Source of the DNA: an uncultured Acidobacteriota bacterium
Lineage (GTDB): Bacteria > Acidobacteriota > Thermoanaerobaculia > Multivoradales > UBA5704
Direction of reading: 5' to 3'
NCBI GenBank assembly: GCA_963770895.1
Contig: CAVYRF010000002.1
Span: 5,312,001 to 5,376,000 of the forward strand
DNA: 64,000 nt
How positions within the stretch are numbered: the stretch's first letter is position 1; each line of letters starts with the position of its first letter. The notes under the pieces are model-generated. The model ran no database searches and had not been told where the DNA came from. It saw nothing but the letters and a program-made list of their open reading frames with translations. Shown here in pieces: positions 48,833-58,035 of the stretch. A program made the position numbers and the translations under genes.

Positions 48833-49852
48833 ATGCCACTGCTCCATTTCTTAAATGTTAGCGAAGGCGACTGCTCTATCATCCAGCACGGGTCCGGACA
48901 TGTGACGGTTATCGATGTCTGCAACGCTCGCGCTGAGACAGCCGGGGAGCGCATCGCGTCCGGCGTCCTGATGCGGTTAGCGGAAAAGGGCATTTACGGC
49001 AATTTCAACCAGAAAAAGTATCCCGTAAATCCTATCTCCTACATGAACGACCGCGGAATCTCGTCCGTTTTCCGGCTTGTCGTAACTCATCCAGACATGG
49101 ATCACATCGATGGGATCAGTGATTTCTTCGCTGAATTCAAGCCGACGAACTTCTATGACACCGACAACACCGTCGAGAAAGATGAGGGCTGGGAAGACAC
49201 AAACTACCGAGAGGAAGACTGGCTCTTCTATAGGGGCCTGCGTGAAGGCACCGCTGACGTTAGCTCCAAGCGCTTGGTTTTGTATCCTCCTGGCCGGGGA
49301 CCCTGCCGCACCGAGGACTGGAATGGCAAGCCGGGCGGCGATGGGATTCGAATCCTTGCGCCTTCCAGGCAACTCGCCAGGCTGGGGAGGGAGACCGGCG
49401 ACTGCAACGACTGCTCATATGTTATCCTCTACCGAGCGTATGGATTCAAGATCCTCTTTGGGGGAGACTCGCACGATGGCACCTGGCAGTATATTCTGAG
49501 GCACTATCGTTCTTGGGTCACTGATGTAGATCTCCTAATCGCCCCCCACCATGGCCGCGACTCCGGCAGGTCGTACGACTTCCTCGACGTCATAAATCCG
49601 CGTCTGACCTTCTTCGGCAATGCCCGTAGCGAACATCTGGCTTACGATGCCTGGAACAACAGGGAGCTGCCGTTTATCACCAATAACCAGGCCGGCTCTA
49701 TGATTGTACGCATCGATCGCGACGCAATGCACCTATTCGTCACCCATGAACCATATGCCAAGGCGTACAACGCGGACACCTATCTTGATGAGCAGCTTCA
49801 GGCGTACTATTGCGGCGTGATAATAGACATCAACGAATCGCCTCCTCCTTGA
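48833..49852 (+). CDS. Second MBL-fold metallohydrolase, ComEC/Rec2-like
   Basis: HFLNVSEGDC, THPDMDHIDG, NDCSYV, FGGDSH, APHHG; GAGG RBS. Confidence 0.9.
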   Translation: MPLLHFLNVSEGDCSIIQHGSGHVTVIDVCNARAETAGERIASGVLMRLAEKGIYGNFNQKKYPVNPISYMNDRGISSVFRLVVTHPDMDHIDGISDFFAEFKPTNFYDTDNTVEKDEGWEDTNYREEDWLFYRGLREGTADVSSKRLVLYPPGRGPCRTEDWNGKPGGDGIRILAPSRQLARLGRETGDCNDCSYVILYRAYGFKILFGGDSHDGTWQYILRHYRSWVTDVDLLIAPHHGRDSGRSYDFLDVINPRLTFFGNARSEHLAYDAWNNRELPFITNNQAGSMIVRIDRDAMHLFVTHEPYAKAYNADTYLDEQLQAYYCGVIIDINESPPP

Positions 49853-49885
49853 CCCTTCATTTTTGAGGCGTAGAATAGAAGGGCA

Positions 49886-50155
49886 ATGAAGACTTTGACC
49901 TACCGCATCCATCTCACCCCCGAACCCGAAGGGGGATATACCGTGACCGTCCCCGCCCTCCAGGGCTGCATTACCTGGGGCCGCGACTACGAGCACGCCC
50001 AAAAGATGGCCCATGAAGCCATAGAGCTCTACCTCTCTTCCCTGGCCGACGACGGGGAACCCATTCCCGAGGACACCCTCTCTGCCGATGCTTTCGTCCA
50101 GATCCAAGCACCGGCAGCATGGAGCACCTCAGGAGCCTCACCGCGAAGCAAATAG
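49886..50155 (+). CDS. hicB: HicB family antitoxin
   Basis: EGGYTVTVPALQGCITWG...AHEAIELYL...GEPIP. Confidence 0.92.
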   Translation: MKTLTYRIHLTPEPEGGYTVTVPALQGCITWGRDYEHAQKMAHEAIELYLSSLADDGEPIPEDTLSADAFVQIQAPAAWSTSGASPRSK

Positions 50156-50346
50156 TCAAGGCGCTGAAGCAGGCGGGCTTCGTGGAGCACCGCCAGCACC
50201 GCACAAGCCACCTCCTCCTCGTCCATCCCGAGCGCAAGCTACGTACCATAGTTCCCATGCATCACGGCGACTTGCCCCGCGGCACCGTGCGCGCCATCAT
50301 CCGACAGAGCGGGATGACCGAGGAGGAGTTCAAAGCGCTGCTCTAG
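50119..50346 (+). CDS. hicA: HicA family toxin
   Basis: IVKALKQAGF...TSH...VPMHHGDLPRGTVRAIIRQSG. Confidence 0.92.
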   Translation: MEHLRSLTAKQIVKALKQAGFVEHRQHRTSHLLLVHPERKLRTIVPMHHGDLPRGTVRAIIRQSGMTEEEFKALL

Positions 50347-50350
50347 CAGC

Positions 50351-51949
50351 TCATGCCGCCTCGCCCTCCTCATCTGCTTCTTGTCCTGTTGTATCTGCTT
50401 CCATCAGTTCCCTAATCTTTTCAAGCTTCTTCTCGGAGCTTTCATCTGCGAAAAAGGTTCGAACGTCGTGGAGAAAAGCCCGCAGCTCGACACTCGTTGC
50501 TGTGGCTGACCAGCGGCGAAACGGTTTGGCCGCGTCAATCTTGAGTTCCCGGTCTCGCAGTCTGGGGTTCGAACCTAGAATACCGAGGATCATTCGCTTC
50601 TCGCTCGGGGAACCAACGCGGAACCGCGAAGCCGCTTCTTTGTTGAATTGGATGAGCAGGCGCTGGGGTTCGAACCGTTCGCGGGTCTCGGTAAGCTTCT
50701 GCATCTCTTGCGTCACCTGGATGCGTTCTCGGGTGAGGCTTTGGCGCTCTTCGAGAAATTCGGCGTCGTCCAGCAGCTCGCGGATGCGGAGCTTGTTCAG
50801 GTTCGCGAGCTGGCGATCGAGCGATGCGGCCCGCACGTCAAGTGCATGCCGCTGCTTCGCGAGGAGTTCCTGGTCCTCGGCCATGACGCCGGCCAGGCGG
50901 TCCATCTCGAAGTGATGGAACTTCTCGGGAAGCGTGGCTTCCTCCAAGAACGCCGCAAGCTGCGCGTCGAGGCGTTCCGCCGTGACCGACCGTTGGGTAC
51001 AATGGTAGTCGAGGCGGCGCCAGGAGCAGTGGTAGTAGATGTAGCGGGAGCCGAAGCGGTTCCGCTTGTGCTCCGCGGTCACGAGGAAGCCGCACTCGTC
51101 GCAACGTATGAGGCCCGTATAGGCGAACTCATGCGTCTTGCGCCGCGGCTTCCCCGGACGCCCGAGTAGCTCCTGCACGCGCTCGAACTCGGAGAGCGTC
51201 ACCATGGCCTGATGCTTGCCGGGGTGGCTCTCGCCCTCCCATTCGATGACACCCGCGTAGAAGGGGTTCTTCAGGATCTTGTAGATCGCGCTCTTGGTGA
51301 ACGGGGCGCCTCCGATCCGCTTCCGTGTTCTCGTCGTAAGGCCCCATTCTTTGCCCGCCATCTCCCAAACGCGGCGGGGCGTCGCCTCGCCCGAGAGCAC
51401 GAGGCGCCACATCCGCTCGATCGCATAGAAGCGCTCGGGGTCGGGGATGATGCCGCCGCTCTCCCGGTCGTTCAGGTAGCCGGCGGGCGCGAAGTTCGGC
51501 AGCCAGCCGCGTTTCACTTTGGCGCGCATTCCCCGGCGGACGTTCTCCGAGAGCGAGTCCACGTAATACTTTGAGTACCCGAAAATGATCGAGAGCATGA
51601 ACTTGCCCTGCGAGTTGTTCTCGAAGGAGAAGGTGGCGAAGCGCAGGTCCTTCAGCTTCCCGGTATCGAGGTGGTAGATGATCCGGCCGCCGTCCACGGA
51701 GTTCCTCGCCAGGCGGTCCGGGTGCCAGGCGATCACGCCTTCCGCCTTGCCGCGCTCGATTTCGCGGAGCATCGCCTCGAAGACCGGCCGGCCGGGAGCC
51801 TTGGCGCTCTGCGATTCTTCGAAGACGCGCACTATGGTCGCGCCCCAGGCAGCGGCATGCCGTTCCATCTCCGCGCGTTGCGATTCGATGGAGAGCACCT
51901 GGCGATCCTCGGACTCGCTTGATTTGCGGCAGTAGAGAAAATAGTTCAT
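50351..51949 (-). CDS. Large serine recombinase (resolvase + recombinase + Zn ribbon + coiled coil)
   Basis: YCRKSSE catalytic Ser, WHPDRLARN, NPFYAG, CDECG...YYHC zinc ribbon. Confidence 0.96.
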   Translation of the reverse strand: MNYFLYCRKSSESEDRQVLSIESQRAEMERHAAAWGATIVRVFEESQSAKAPGRPVFEAMLREIERGKAEGVIAWHPDRLARNSVDGGRIIYHLDTGKLKDLRFATFSFENNSQGKFMLSIIFGYSKYYVDSLSENVRRGMRAKVKRGWLPNFAPAGYLNDRESGGIIPDPERFYAIERMWRLVLSGEATPRRVWEMAGKEWGLTTRTRKRIGGAPFTKSAIYKILKNPFYAGVIEWEGESHPGKHQAMVTLSEFERVQELLGRPGKPRRKTHEFAYTGLIRCDECGFLVTAEHKRNRFGSRYIYYHCSWRRLDYHCTQRSVTAERLDAQLAAFLEEATLPEKFHHFEMDRLAGVMAEDQELLAKQRHALDVRAASLDRQLANLNKLRIRELLDDAEFLEERQSLTRERIQVTQEMQKLTETRERFEPQRLLIQFNKEAASRFRVGSPSEKRMILGILGSNPRLRDRELKIDAAKPFRRWSATATSVELRAFLHDVRTFFADESSEKKLEKIRELMEADTTGQEADEEGEAA

Positions 51950-52137
51950 TGGTGCAGTGGGCCTTCCGAGCCCGAGGCCACGCATTCCGCTTCGCGCTTC
52001 GCCGAGCGCGCGAGGAGGAGATAGAGCGCGTCAAGGCGGGCAATGTGTTCGCGCGTCTCATCCGCCCCGAGTTCTTCCTTGAACTCCTCGCGCCAGATCT
52101 CCTGGAACTTGCAAATGTCGTCGGCCGTGATGCGCAC
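51946..52137 (-). CDS. Small helical protein coupled to the recombinase
   Basis: 63 aa, DDICKFQEIWREEFKEEL...; ATGA overlap with the recombinase start. Confidence 0.72.
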   Translation of the reverse strand: MRITADDICKFQEIWREEFKEELGADETREHIARLDALYLLLARSAKREAECVASGSEGPLHQ

Positions 52138-52525
52138 GGTAACGACGGTACGCTGCGAGGGGGAGCCGCGCTAGGCGGCAGAGGGAGCGTGCTTCAAGAC
52201 TTGGAAGAGCGATAGGGTGGGAAGTCTTCAATCTCCCTCTTGGATGGTAGGCAAAAATGGCGCGGTCGTCAAAAAGACGCGTCGTCGCTTTTCCATAGTT
52301 CCTGGCACAGTACGCCTTAAATTGCCTTCACCGTGAAGACGGCGCGAACCGCCGCCTTTCTCTTCACCGTGCACACCGCTAATCTGAATCCCGCCATGAA
52401 CAACACCTCGCCACGATCGCGCATCGCAACACGTATCGCCGAAATCCGCGCCGGCCCGCGCGGGGATACTTAAGCATCCGCTCCACAAAATAAAACCTCT
52501 GTCGCCAAACAACATCCTCCAACAT

Positions 52526-53029
52526 ATGTCCCACGAGACTCCGACCCGCCCGACCCGCATCATCGCCCTCGACCCCACGACTAAGGGTTTCGGCTATGCC
52601 ATTCTCGATCTGCCGCTTCGCCTCATCGCCTGGGGCCTCGCCCACATCTCGGGCGAGAAGCGCTCCGGCGCCGTGGCCCGCTTCGAGGCGCTTCTCGACC
52701 AATTCCGGCCGGATGCCGTGGTACTCGAAGACACCACCGCTCCGGGCTCGCGGCGCTACCCGCGCATGCGAGACCTCCTCGAAACCCTCGCAAAGACGGC
52801 GCGCGAGCGCGGCGTCGCGGTATACACCGTCGCGCGGCTCGCGGTCATTGCCTGCTTCTCCTCAAAGGACGAACGCGCCACGAAGGCCAAGATCGCGAAG
52901 ACGCTTGCGGTCGCGTACCCGGAGCTTGCGGAGAAGGTACCGAAGCAGCGCAAGACCTACCAGAGCGAGGACGAACGCATCTCGATCTTTGATGCCGTCT
53001 CCTTAGCGGTGACATTCGCGAGTACATAG
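52526..53029 (+). CDS. RuvC-like (RNase H fold) nuclease
   Basis: IIALDP...FGYAIL, PDAVVLED, ATK...IA, FDAVSLA. Confidence 0.75.
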   Translation: MSHETPTRPTRIIALDPTTKGFGYAILDLPLRLIAWGLAHISGEKRSGAVARFEALLDQFRPDAVVLEDTTAPGSRRYPRMRDLLETLAKTARERGVAVYTVARLAVIACFSSKDERATKAKIAKTLAVAYPELAEKVPKQRKTYQSEDERISIFDAVSLAVTFAST

Positions 53030-53057
53030 CGGTTCGGCTGCCAATTCCTTCTCACGC

Positions 53058-53089
53058 AAGACGGCTTCCGGGGCCGTCTTTTGCGTTTT
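53058..53089 (+). terminator. Intrinsic terminator
   Basis: AAGACGGC-ttccggg-GCCGTCTT followed by TTGCGTTTT. Confidence 0.65.
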
Positions 53090-53145
53090 GCCTCCCGCCC
53101 GTACCCTTATCGCAGTTCCTTTATCTCCATGGAAAGGAGGATGCG

Positions 53146-54093
53146 ATGGGCCAGAGCTTCGTCCCGTTTGTAGAGGTGAAGCGCGCCGTGAGTATCGAGG
53201 CGCTTCTCGAACACTACGGCCTCTTTGCGGCCCTCACCGCCAAGGGTCAGAACCTCGTGGGCGCGTGTCCCTTCTGCAAGGGGCCATCCGCGCGCCAATT
53301 CCAGGTGAACCCGGACAAGAACGCCTGGTACTGCTTCGGCTGCAAGCAGGGCGGGAACGTCCTCGACTTCGTGGCCCGCAGGGAGCGGGTCGGCCTCCGC
53401 GGCGCAGCCATCAAGCTCGACGCCTGGTTCACTCTCGGGCTGGCGACCGCGGCGGCGGCGCCCACCCTGGCCGCCGCTTCGCCGCCACCGTCGCACGCAG
53501 CTCGCGATTCTGCGCCGCCGACCATCGCGGCATGCCCGCCGGCAGAGAACCCGCCCTTGACGTTCACGCTGAAGACCCTCGACCGCAATCATGCCAGCCT
53601 CGCGGTCCTCGGGCTCGCGCCCGAGACCATGCTGCACTTCGGGGCCGGGTACTGCACGAAGGGACTCCTGAAGGGCAGGCTCGCGATCCCGATCCACAAC
53701 GGCGGCGGCCAGCTCGTCGCCTACGCCGGCGTGGCCCTTGAGGCTGACACCATGCCGCGCCACCTCTTCCCGCCCAAGTTCAATTTCGGGCTTGAGGTCT
53801 TCAACCTTTACCGGCTCGCTGCGGTCGCGGAGCCCGTGGGCCGGCTCTATATCGCGCCGGACATTGAAGGCGCTCTGCGGCTCTTCGACGCCGGCACCCG
53901 GCCGGCGATCGGTCTCTTCGACGGGTCGCTCTCTTCGGCGCAGGAGGAGGCGATTGCCGGCGAACTCGGTCGCTTTGAAGGGCTCGTCCTCGTGGGCGAG
54001 GGTTTCGCAGACCGCACGGTCGCTCGTCTCGCACGGCATGCGTCCGTCTCCTGGGTCACGGACCCCTCCTCCGCGATCCACGGCGACGAGTAG
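53146..54093 (+). CDS. CHC2 zinc-finger, primase-like protein with a degenerate TOPRIM region
   Basis: CPFC...WYCFGC..GGNVLDFV, GRLAIPIHN..GQLVAYAG, FNLYR; AGGAGG RBS. Confidence 0.85.
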   Translation: MGQSFVPFVEVKRAVSIEALLEHYGLFAALTAKGQNLVGACPFCKGPSARQFQVNPDKNAWYCFGCKQGGNVLDFVARRERVGLRGAAIKLDAWFTLGLATAAAAPTLAAASPPPSHAARDSAPPTIAACPPAENPPLTFTLKTLDRNHASLAVLGLAPETMLHFGAGYCTKGLLKGRLAIPIHNGGGQLVAYAGVALEADTMPRHLFPPKFNFGLEVFNLYRLAAVAEPVGRLYIAPDIEGALRLFDAGTRPAIGLFDGSLSSAQEEAIAGELGRFEGLVLVGEGFADRTVARLARHASVSWVTDPSSAIHGDE

Positions 54094-54136
54094 CGGACAC
54101 CGGCGCCATGTTCCTTGGGGAAGTAGTCATTCCATT

Positions 54137-54168
54137 GCCCCACGGCACCACCGCTGGGGCTTTTCTCT
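54137..54168 (+). terminator. Intrinsic terminator
   Basis: GCCCCA-CGG-cacca-CCG-c-TGGGGC followed by TTTTCTC. Confidence 0.6.
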
Positions 54169-54496
54169 TCCCGCCCGGTCTCCTGTCCTTGACATGCCGC
54201 CCTCCCGACCCGGCTATGGAAGCTGGCGGGGTATGGAAAGCTCCGGCCGCCGCCCGCACGCCCTGGACCTTCCCACACCCCTCGGAAATCCTGGGCGCCC
54301 GCCCCGACCTGCCACCCAGGATTACACGCAGCTCCCACAGCCGCGGCGACGGCGAGGATGCATAACCCATGGGTGGAGAGAGAAGCGCGTCTTCGATCGC
54401 TGGTAGGTAGCCGCCGAGCGTGAACGACATAGTGGACGGAAAGGTGACCCGACCGCGCAACGGTGCGACGGTGAAGGTGTGGCCGCGGGCCTGCGG

Positions 54497-57142
54497 TTAT
54501 GTCTTCTTCGCCGAAGACCCTGCCGGCAAAAGCTTCCGGTACTCGGCCGCCTTCTCGCGATTGCCCGATGCATCGTAGAGCTGGACAACGCGCTCCACGG
54601 CCTTCGGCCTGTCGACCGGCACCGCCCGCCGGTAAAAGGCGAGAAGCAACGGCTCGGCTTCCTTGAAGCGTCCGAGCCCTACCAGCGCGCTGCCCAAGTC
54701 AGCCCCGGTTGAGACCGTGAGGTAGGCGGACGCTCCCGCCCGCATCTGCAAGATCCCGACCGCCTGCCGGAGGTGAGTCTCCGCCGCTTGGTAATTCTTC
54801 TGCTCGTAGAGGCTCTGTCCCTGCGCGCGCAGCACCGCGGCCATGAGGCGGTCAGTCGGTTCGACCTTTTCGAGCGCAAAGGCATAGGCTTCGCCGATCA
54901 ACCGGTCCGCCTCGGAAAATTCGTGGTCGGCCAGGAGCGCGAGCGCGAGCTGCACTTTGATCTTCTCCGTCGAGCGATGCTCTTTGCCAAGACCCGCCTC
55001 CGCAATCGCCAACGCCTCCCTGGAGGTACGCACCGCCGCTTTCACGTCTCCCTTTAGCAGATACAGGAGGCCAAGATTGTGCGTTGAAATAGCGACGCGC
55101 GGATGCAGCGGCCCGAGCGCGGCGCGGAACATAGCCGTAGCCTTCACCTGAAGACGCTCCGACTCATCAAACAATCCTTTCTGCTGAAGAGCCGCCGCCA
55201 CATTCGAATAGTCGTCAGCCACAATGGGATTGCGCTCGCCGTATATTTTCCTCCGCATGGCGAGGCATTCCCGAAGGAGCGGCTCGGCCTCGTCCGGCCG
55301 GTACATCGCCGTCAGAAGGCTTCCAAGGCCGCCGAGAGACTCGGCGATCGCCTCCGGGTTGGGGCTTGGCGCACTGCGGCGCAGGTCCAAGACGCGCCGC
55401 ATGATCGCAAGCGCTTCGTCGTAGCGCGCCTGCTCGTCCGCCATGATCCCAAGCTGCTGGAGGGTGTCGCCAATCCTCGGATCGCTCTGCGGGAGCCCCT
55501 TTTCGAACACCGCGAGCGCGCGGCGGTAGGTCGCCTCCGCCGGGGCAAACTGCCCAAGGCCGCGCTCCAAGGTCGCCATTTGGTCGAGCGTTTCGCCGAG
55601 AAGCGGATCATCGCTCGCCAGGTGCTGCGTTGCGAGGGCGAGCGCACGCTCCTGGGTTCCCGCTGCCTCCTTGAACAGGCCCATGTTCTGGTACATCTCG
55701 CCGATGCTGTTTAGAAGCCGCACCTCCGTCTCGGGCTCGTTCTTCAGGCGGCGCGGCAGCTCTTCGACCGCCTGGTCGAGGAGCTCCTTCGCGGTAGTCG
55801 CGCCGCGGAGGTTCTCGTGCGGGTTGGTGAGCTGGAACATTTCGATGAGAAGAGACGTGGTGGCCGCGGCGCGGGTAGCCTCGCGGGTGGCCTGGTCGCG
55901 TTGCCGTACGGTTTCCCGGTACTGCCGGAACCAGAGGCCGAGGGACGCGAGCACAAGAAGAGCGACAAGCGCCCCCACTGAGGCTGCGCCGCGATGACGG
56001 CTAAGAAACCGCGATGCGCGGTAGAGCCGGGAACCCCCTCGGGCCGAGACCGGCAAAAGAGCGAGGTGGCGCGCAACATCGTTCCCGAGGTCGGCCGCCG
56101 ACTGGTAGCGGCCGACCGGCTGCTTGCAGAGCGCCTTTGCAGCGACGGCATCAAGGTCGCCCTGGAGGCGCTTCGCGAGCGTTGTCGCGTTCTTCGTTGG
56201 AGGAGGCGGCGAGTACGGAGCCGGAGCGTCGCTGTCGCCGGCGAGCAGGGCGAGGTCGCTTAACCTGCCGGGCTCTTCGTGCAAGATGGCATCGCGGAGT
56301 TCCGAGACCGTGCGCGCATGCCGGTATGGCAGGCGGCTGGTCAGAAGCACCGAGAGGAGCACGCCCAAGGAGTACACGTCGCTCAAGGTCGTCGTCTCTT
56401 CCTGGCCGACCTGCTCCGGGCTCGCGAAGGGCAAGGTAAGGGGCGACGGCTCGCCCGCGCCGTTCCCCGCGGCGCCCACTTCTCTCGCGATGCCGAAGTC
56501 GAGGAGCTTCAGCTCGCCGGTAGCGGTCACGAGGATGTTCTCGGGTTTCAGGTCGCAGTGGATCACGAGCCGCTGGTGGGCGTAAGCCACCGCCTCGCAG
56601 ACCTTCAGGAAGAGCCGCAGCCGCCCCGGCACACCGAGCTGGCGGCGCTCGCAGTAGGCGGTGATGGGCTCACCCTCGATGAACTCGAAGACGAAGTACG
56701 GCAGGCCCTCCGGCGTCTCGCCGCTGTCATGGAAGGTCACGATTGCCGGGTGGGTGAGGCCCGCGAGCCGCTTGTCCTGCGAGAGCCTCACCGCGCGGGA
56801 GAAGAGCACCTTGACCGCCACCCGCCGGTCGTTGTTCTTCGTGTCCCGCGCCTCGTAGACCGCGCCCATGCCGCCGGCACCGACCCTGCCCACCACGACG
56901 AAGTGGTCGATTCGGTCGCCCTCGGCATAGTCCGGCTCCTCCGGCTCGTCGGGCAGGCCCAGGAGCCCCTTGAGGGCGGAGGTCGCGACGGGCGGGGCGT
57001 CGAGCAGGGCCTCGACCTCGCTGCGGAGTTCGGCATCGCCGCCGCAGGCCCGGTCGAGAAACGCCAGCCGCTCTTCGGCCGGAACCTGAAGCGCCTCCTC
57101 GAATATCCGTTTCACTTCGAGCCACCGTTTAAAGGGCGCCAT
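54497..57142 (-). CDS. Membrane Ser/Thr protein kinase with TPR repeats
   Basis: GAGGMGAVY, VAVK, HCDLKPEN, DFG, ASPEQ, SDVYSLG; TM helix, then multiple TPRs. Confidence 0.95.
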   Translation of the reverse strand: MAPFKRWLEVKRIFEEALQVPAEERLAFLDRACGGDAELRSEVEALLDAPPVATSALKGLLGLPDEPEEPDYAEGDRIDHFVVVGRVGAGGMGAVYEARDTKNNDRRVAVKVLFSRAVRLSQDKRLAGLTHPAIVTFHDSGETPEGLPYFVFEFIEGEPITAYCERRQLGVPGRLRLFLKVCEAVAYAHQRLVIHCDLKPENILVTATGELKLLDFGIAREVGAAGNGAGEPSPLTLPFASPEQVGQEETTTLSDVYSLGVLLSVLLTSRLPYRHARTVSELRDAILHEEPGRLSDLALLAGDSDAPAPYSPPPPTKNATTLAKRLQGDLDAVAAKALCKQPVGRYQSAADLGNDVARHLALLPVSARGGSRLYRASRFLSRHRGAASVGALVALLVLASLGLWFRQYRETVRQRDQATREATRAAATTSLLIEMFQLTNPHENLRGATTAKELLDQAVEELPRRLKNEPETEVRLLNSIGEMYQNMGLFKEAAGTQERALALATQHLASDDPLLGETLDQMATLERGLGQFAPAEATYRRALAVFEKGLPQSDPRIGDTLQQLGIMADEQARYDEALAIMRRVLDLRRSAPSPNPEAIAESLGGLGSLLTAMYRPDEAEPLLRECLAMRRKIYGERNPIVADDYSNVAAALQQKGLFDESERLQVKATAMFRAALGPLHPRVAISTHNLGLLYLLKGDVKAAVRTSREALAIAEAGLGKEHRSTEKIKVQLALALLADHEFSEADRLIGEAYAFALEKVEPTDRLMAAVLRAQGQSLYEQKNYQAAETHLRQAVGILQMRAGASAYLTVSTGADLGSALVGLGRFKEAEPLLLAFYRRAVPVDRPKAVERVVQLYDASGNREKAAEYRKLLPAGSSAKKT

Positions 57143-57143
57143 C

Positions 57144-57716
57144 CTATTTCCTCCTGTCCGCACCGACGAGGTGCACGAGGAGCCTTCGCGCGGTGTCCCA
57201 CTGCTCCCGGACTCTTCTGCGGGACAATCCAAGCTCTTCCCCGATCGCCCGCTCGCTCAGCCCATCGAAGACCTTGAGTTTCACGATCTCGGCAAGCTCC
57301 GGGTCTTGCTCCTCGACACCCGCCATGACTTCAAAGACAAATAGGGTGGCCTCCGCGTCTTCTGGGTCGGCGGGATGCGCCACCTGCTCCAGGGACAGCT
57401 CTTGTTGATCGCCGCCGCGCTTGATGGCATCGGCCCGGCGGAGCGTGCTGATTGCGAGGTGTCTTATGGCTGCATGCGCATAGGCGAAGAACTTCTTCCG
57501 ATTCGCGAGGTCCGGGAAGCGGTCGGCCAGATCAATGTAGAGCTCGTTCAGGAGAGCGGTCGGGGTGAGTGAACCGGCGGGGAGCCTCCCGAGGTGGTAC
57601 TGGCACATGCGTTTCAGGGTCGAATAGAGGAGACCAATCAGCTCATCAAGACCCCCTCGGTCACCCTCTCCGATCCGCCGGAGAAGGTCGGTGATGGTCC
57701 GCGCATCCTCGGGCAT
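57144..57716 (-). CDS. ECF sigma factor of the kinase-associated type
   Basis: ITDLLRR...GD, SLTPTALLNELY in place of DAED, IKRGG, region 4 HTH; directly upstream of the kinase. Confidence 0.9.
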   Translation of the reverse strand: MPEDARTITDLLRRIGEGDRGGLDELIGLLYSTLKRMCQYHLGRLPAGSLTPTALLNELYIDLADRFPDLANRKKFFAYAHAAIRHLAISTLRRADAIKRGGDQQELSLEQVAHPADPEDAEATLFVFEVMAGVEEQDPELAEIVKLKVFDGLSERAIGEELGLSRRRVREQWDTARRLLVHLVGADRRK

Positions 57717-58035
57717 AAGCTGCACTCCCTCAGAGATTTGGCGCTTTCGCGTTCGGGCATCTTACGCTGGCACCTTCATGTCTTCAAGCGCATTTCCGCC
57801 CTCCGATGGTCCAGCGACCCGGCTATCCCACCTGAACGGTGTGGACCAAAAGAACCCTGTTCCGCGCCTTCTATAGAGGAGGGGAACACGCAGCGACTCG
57901 GATTGGTCAGCACAGGCGCGATCGGCATTGCGCCATTTCGGAAGAGGAAGCATACTTTATACATTCCTGCCACAGGATCTGGTTCTGTCTGTCGCCGGCA
58001 GTCGCCGGCCGGACCATCAGAAGAGGACTAATCAC

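Noticed and set aside
50456-50676. tRNA gene suggested by GGTTCGAAC
   Set aside because: No cloverleaf can be formed and the motifs lie inside the recombinase CDS; kept only as a possible att clue.
52526-53029. TnpB/Cas12-like call for the RuvC-like ORF
   Set aside because: Only 167 aa, with no zinc finger or REC/WED region and no transposon ends; it fits a stand-alone resolvase-like fold.
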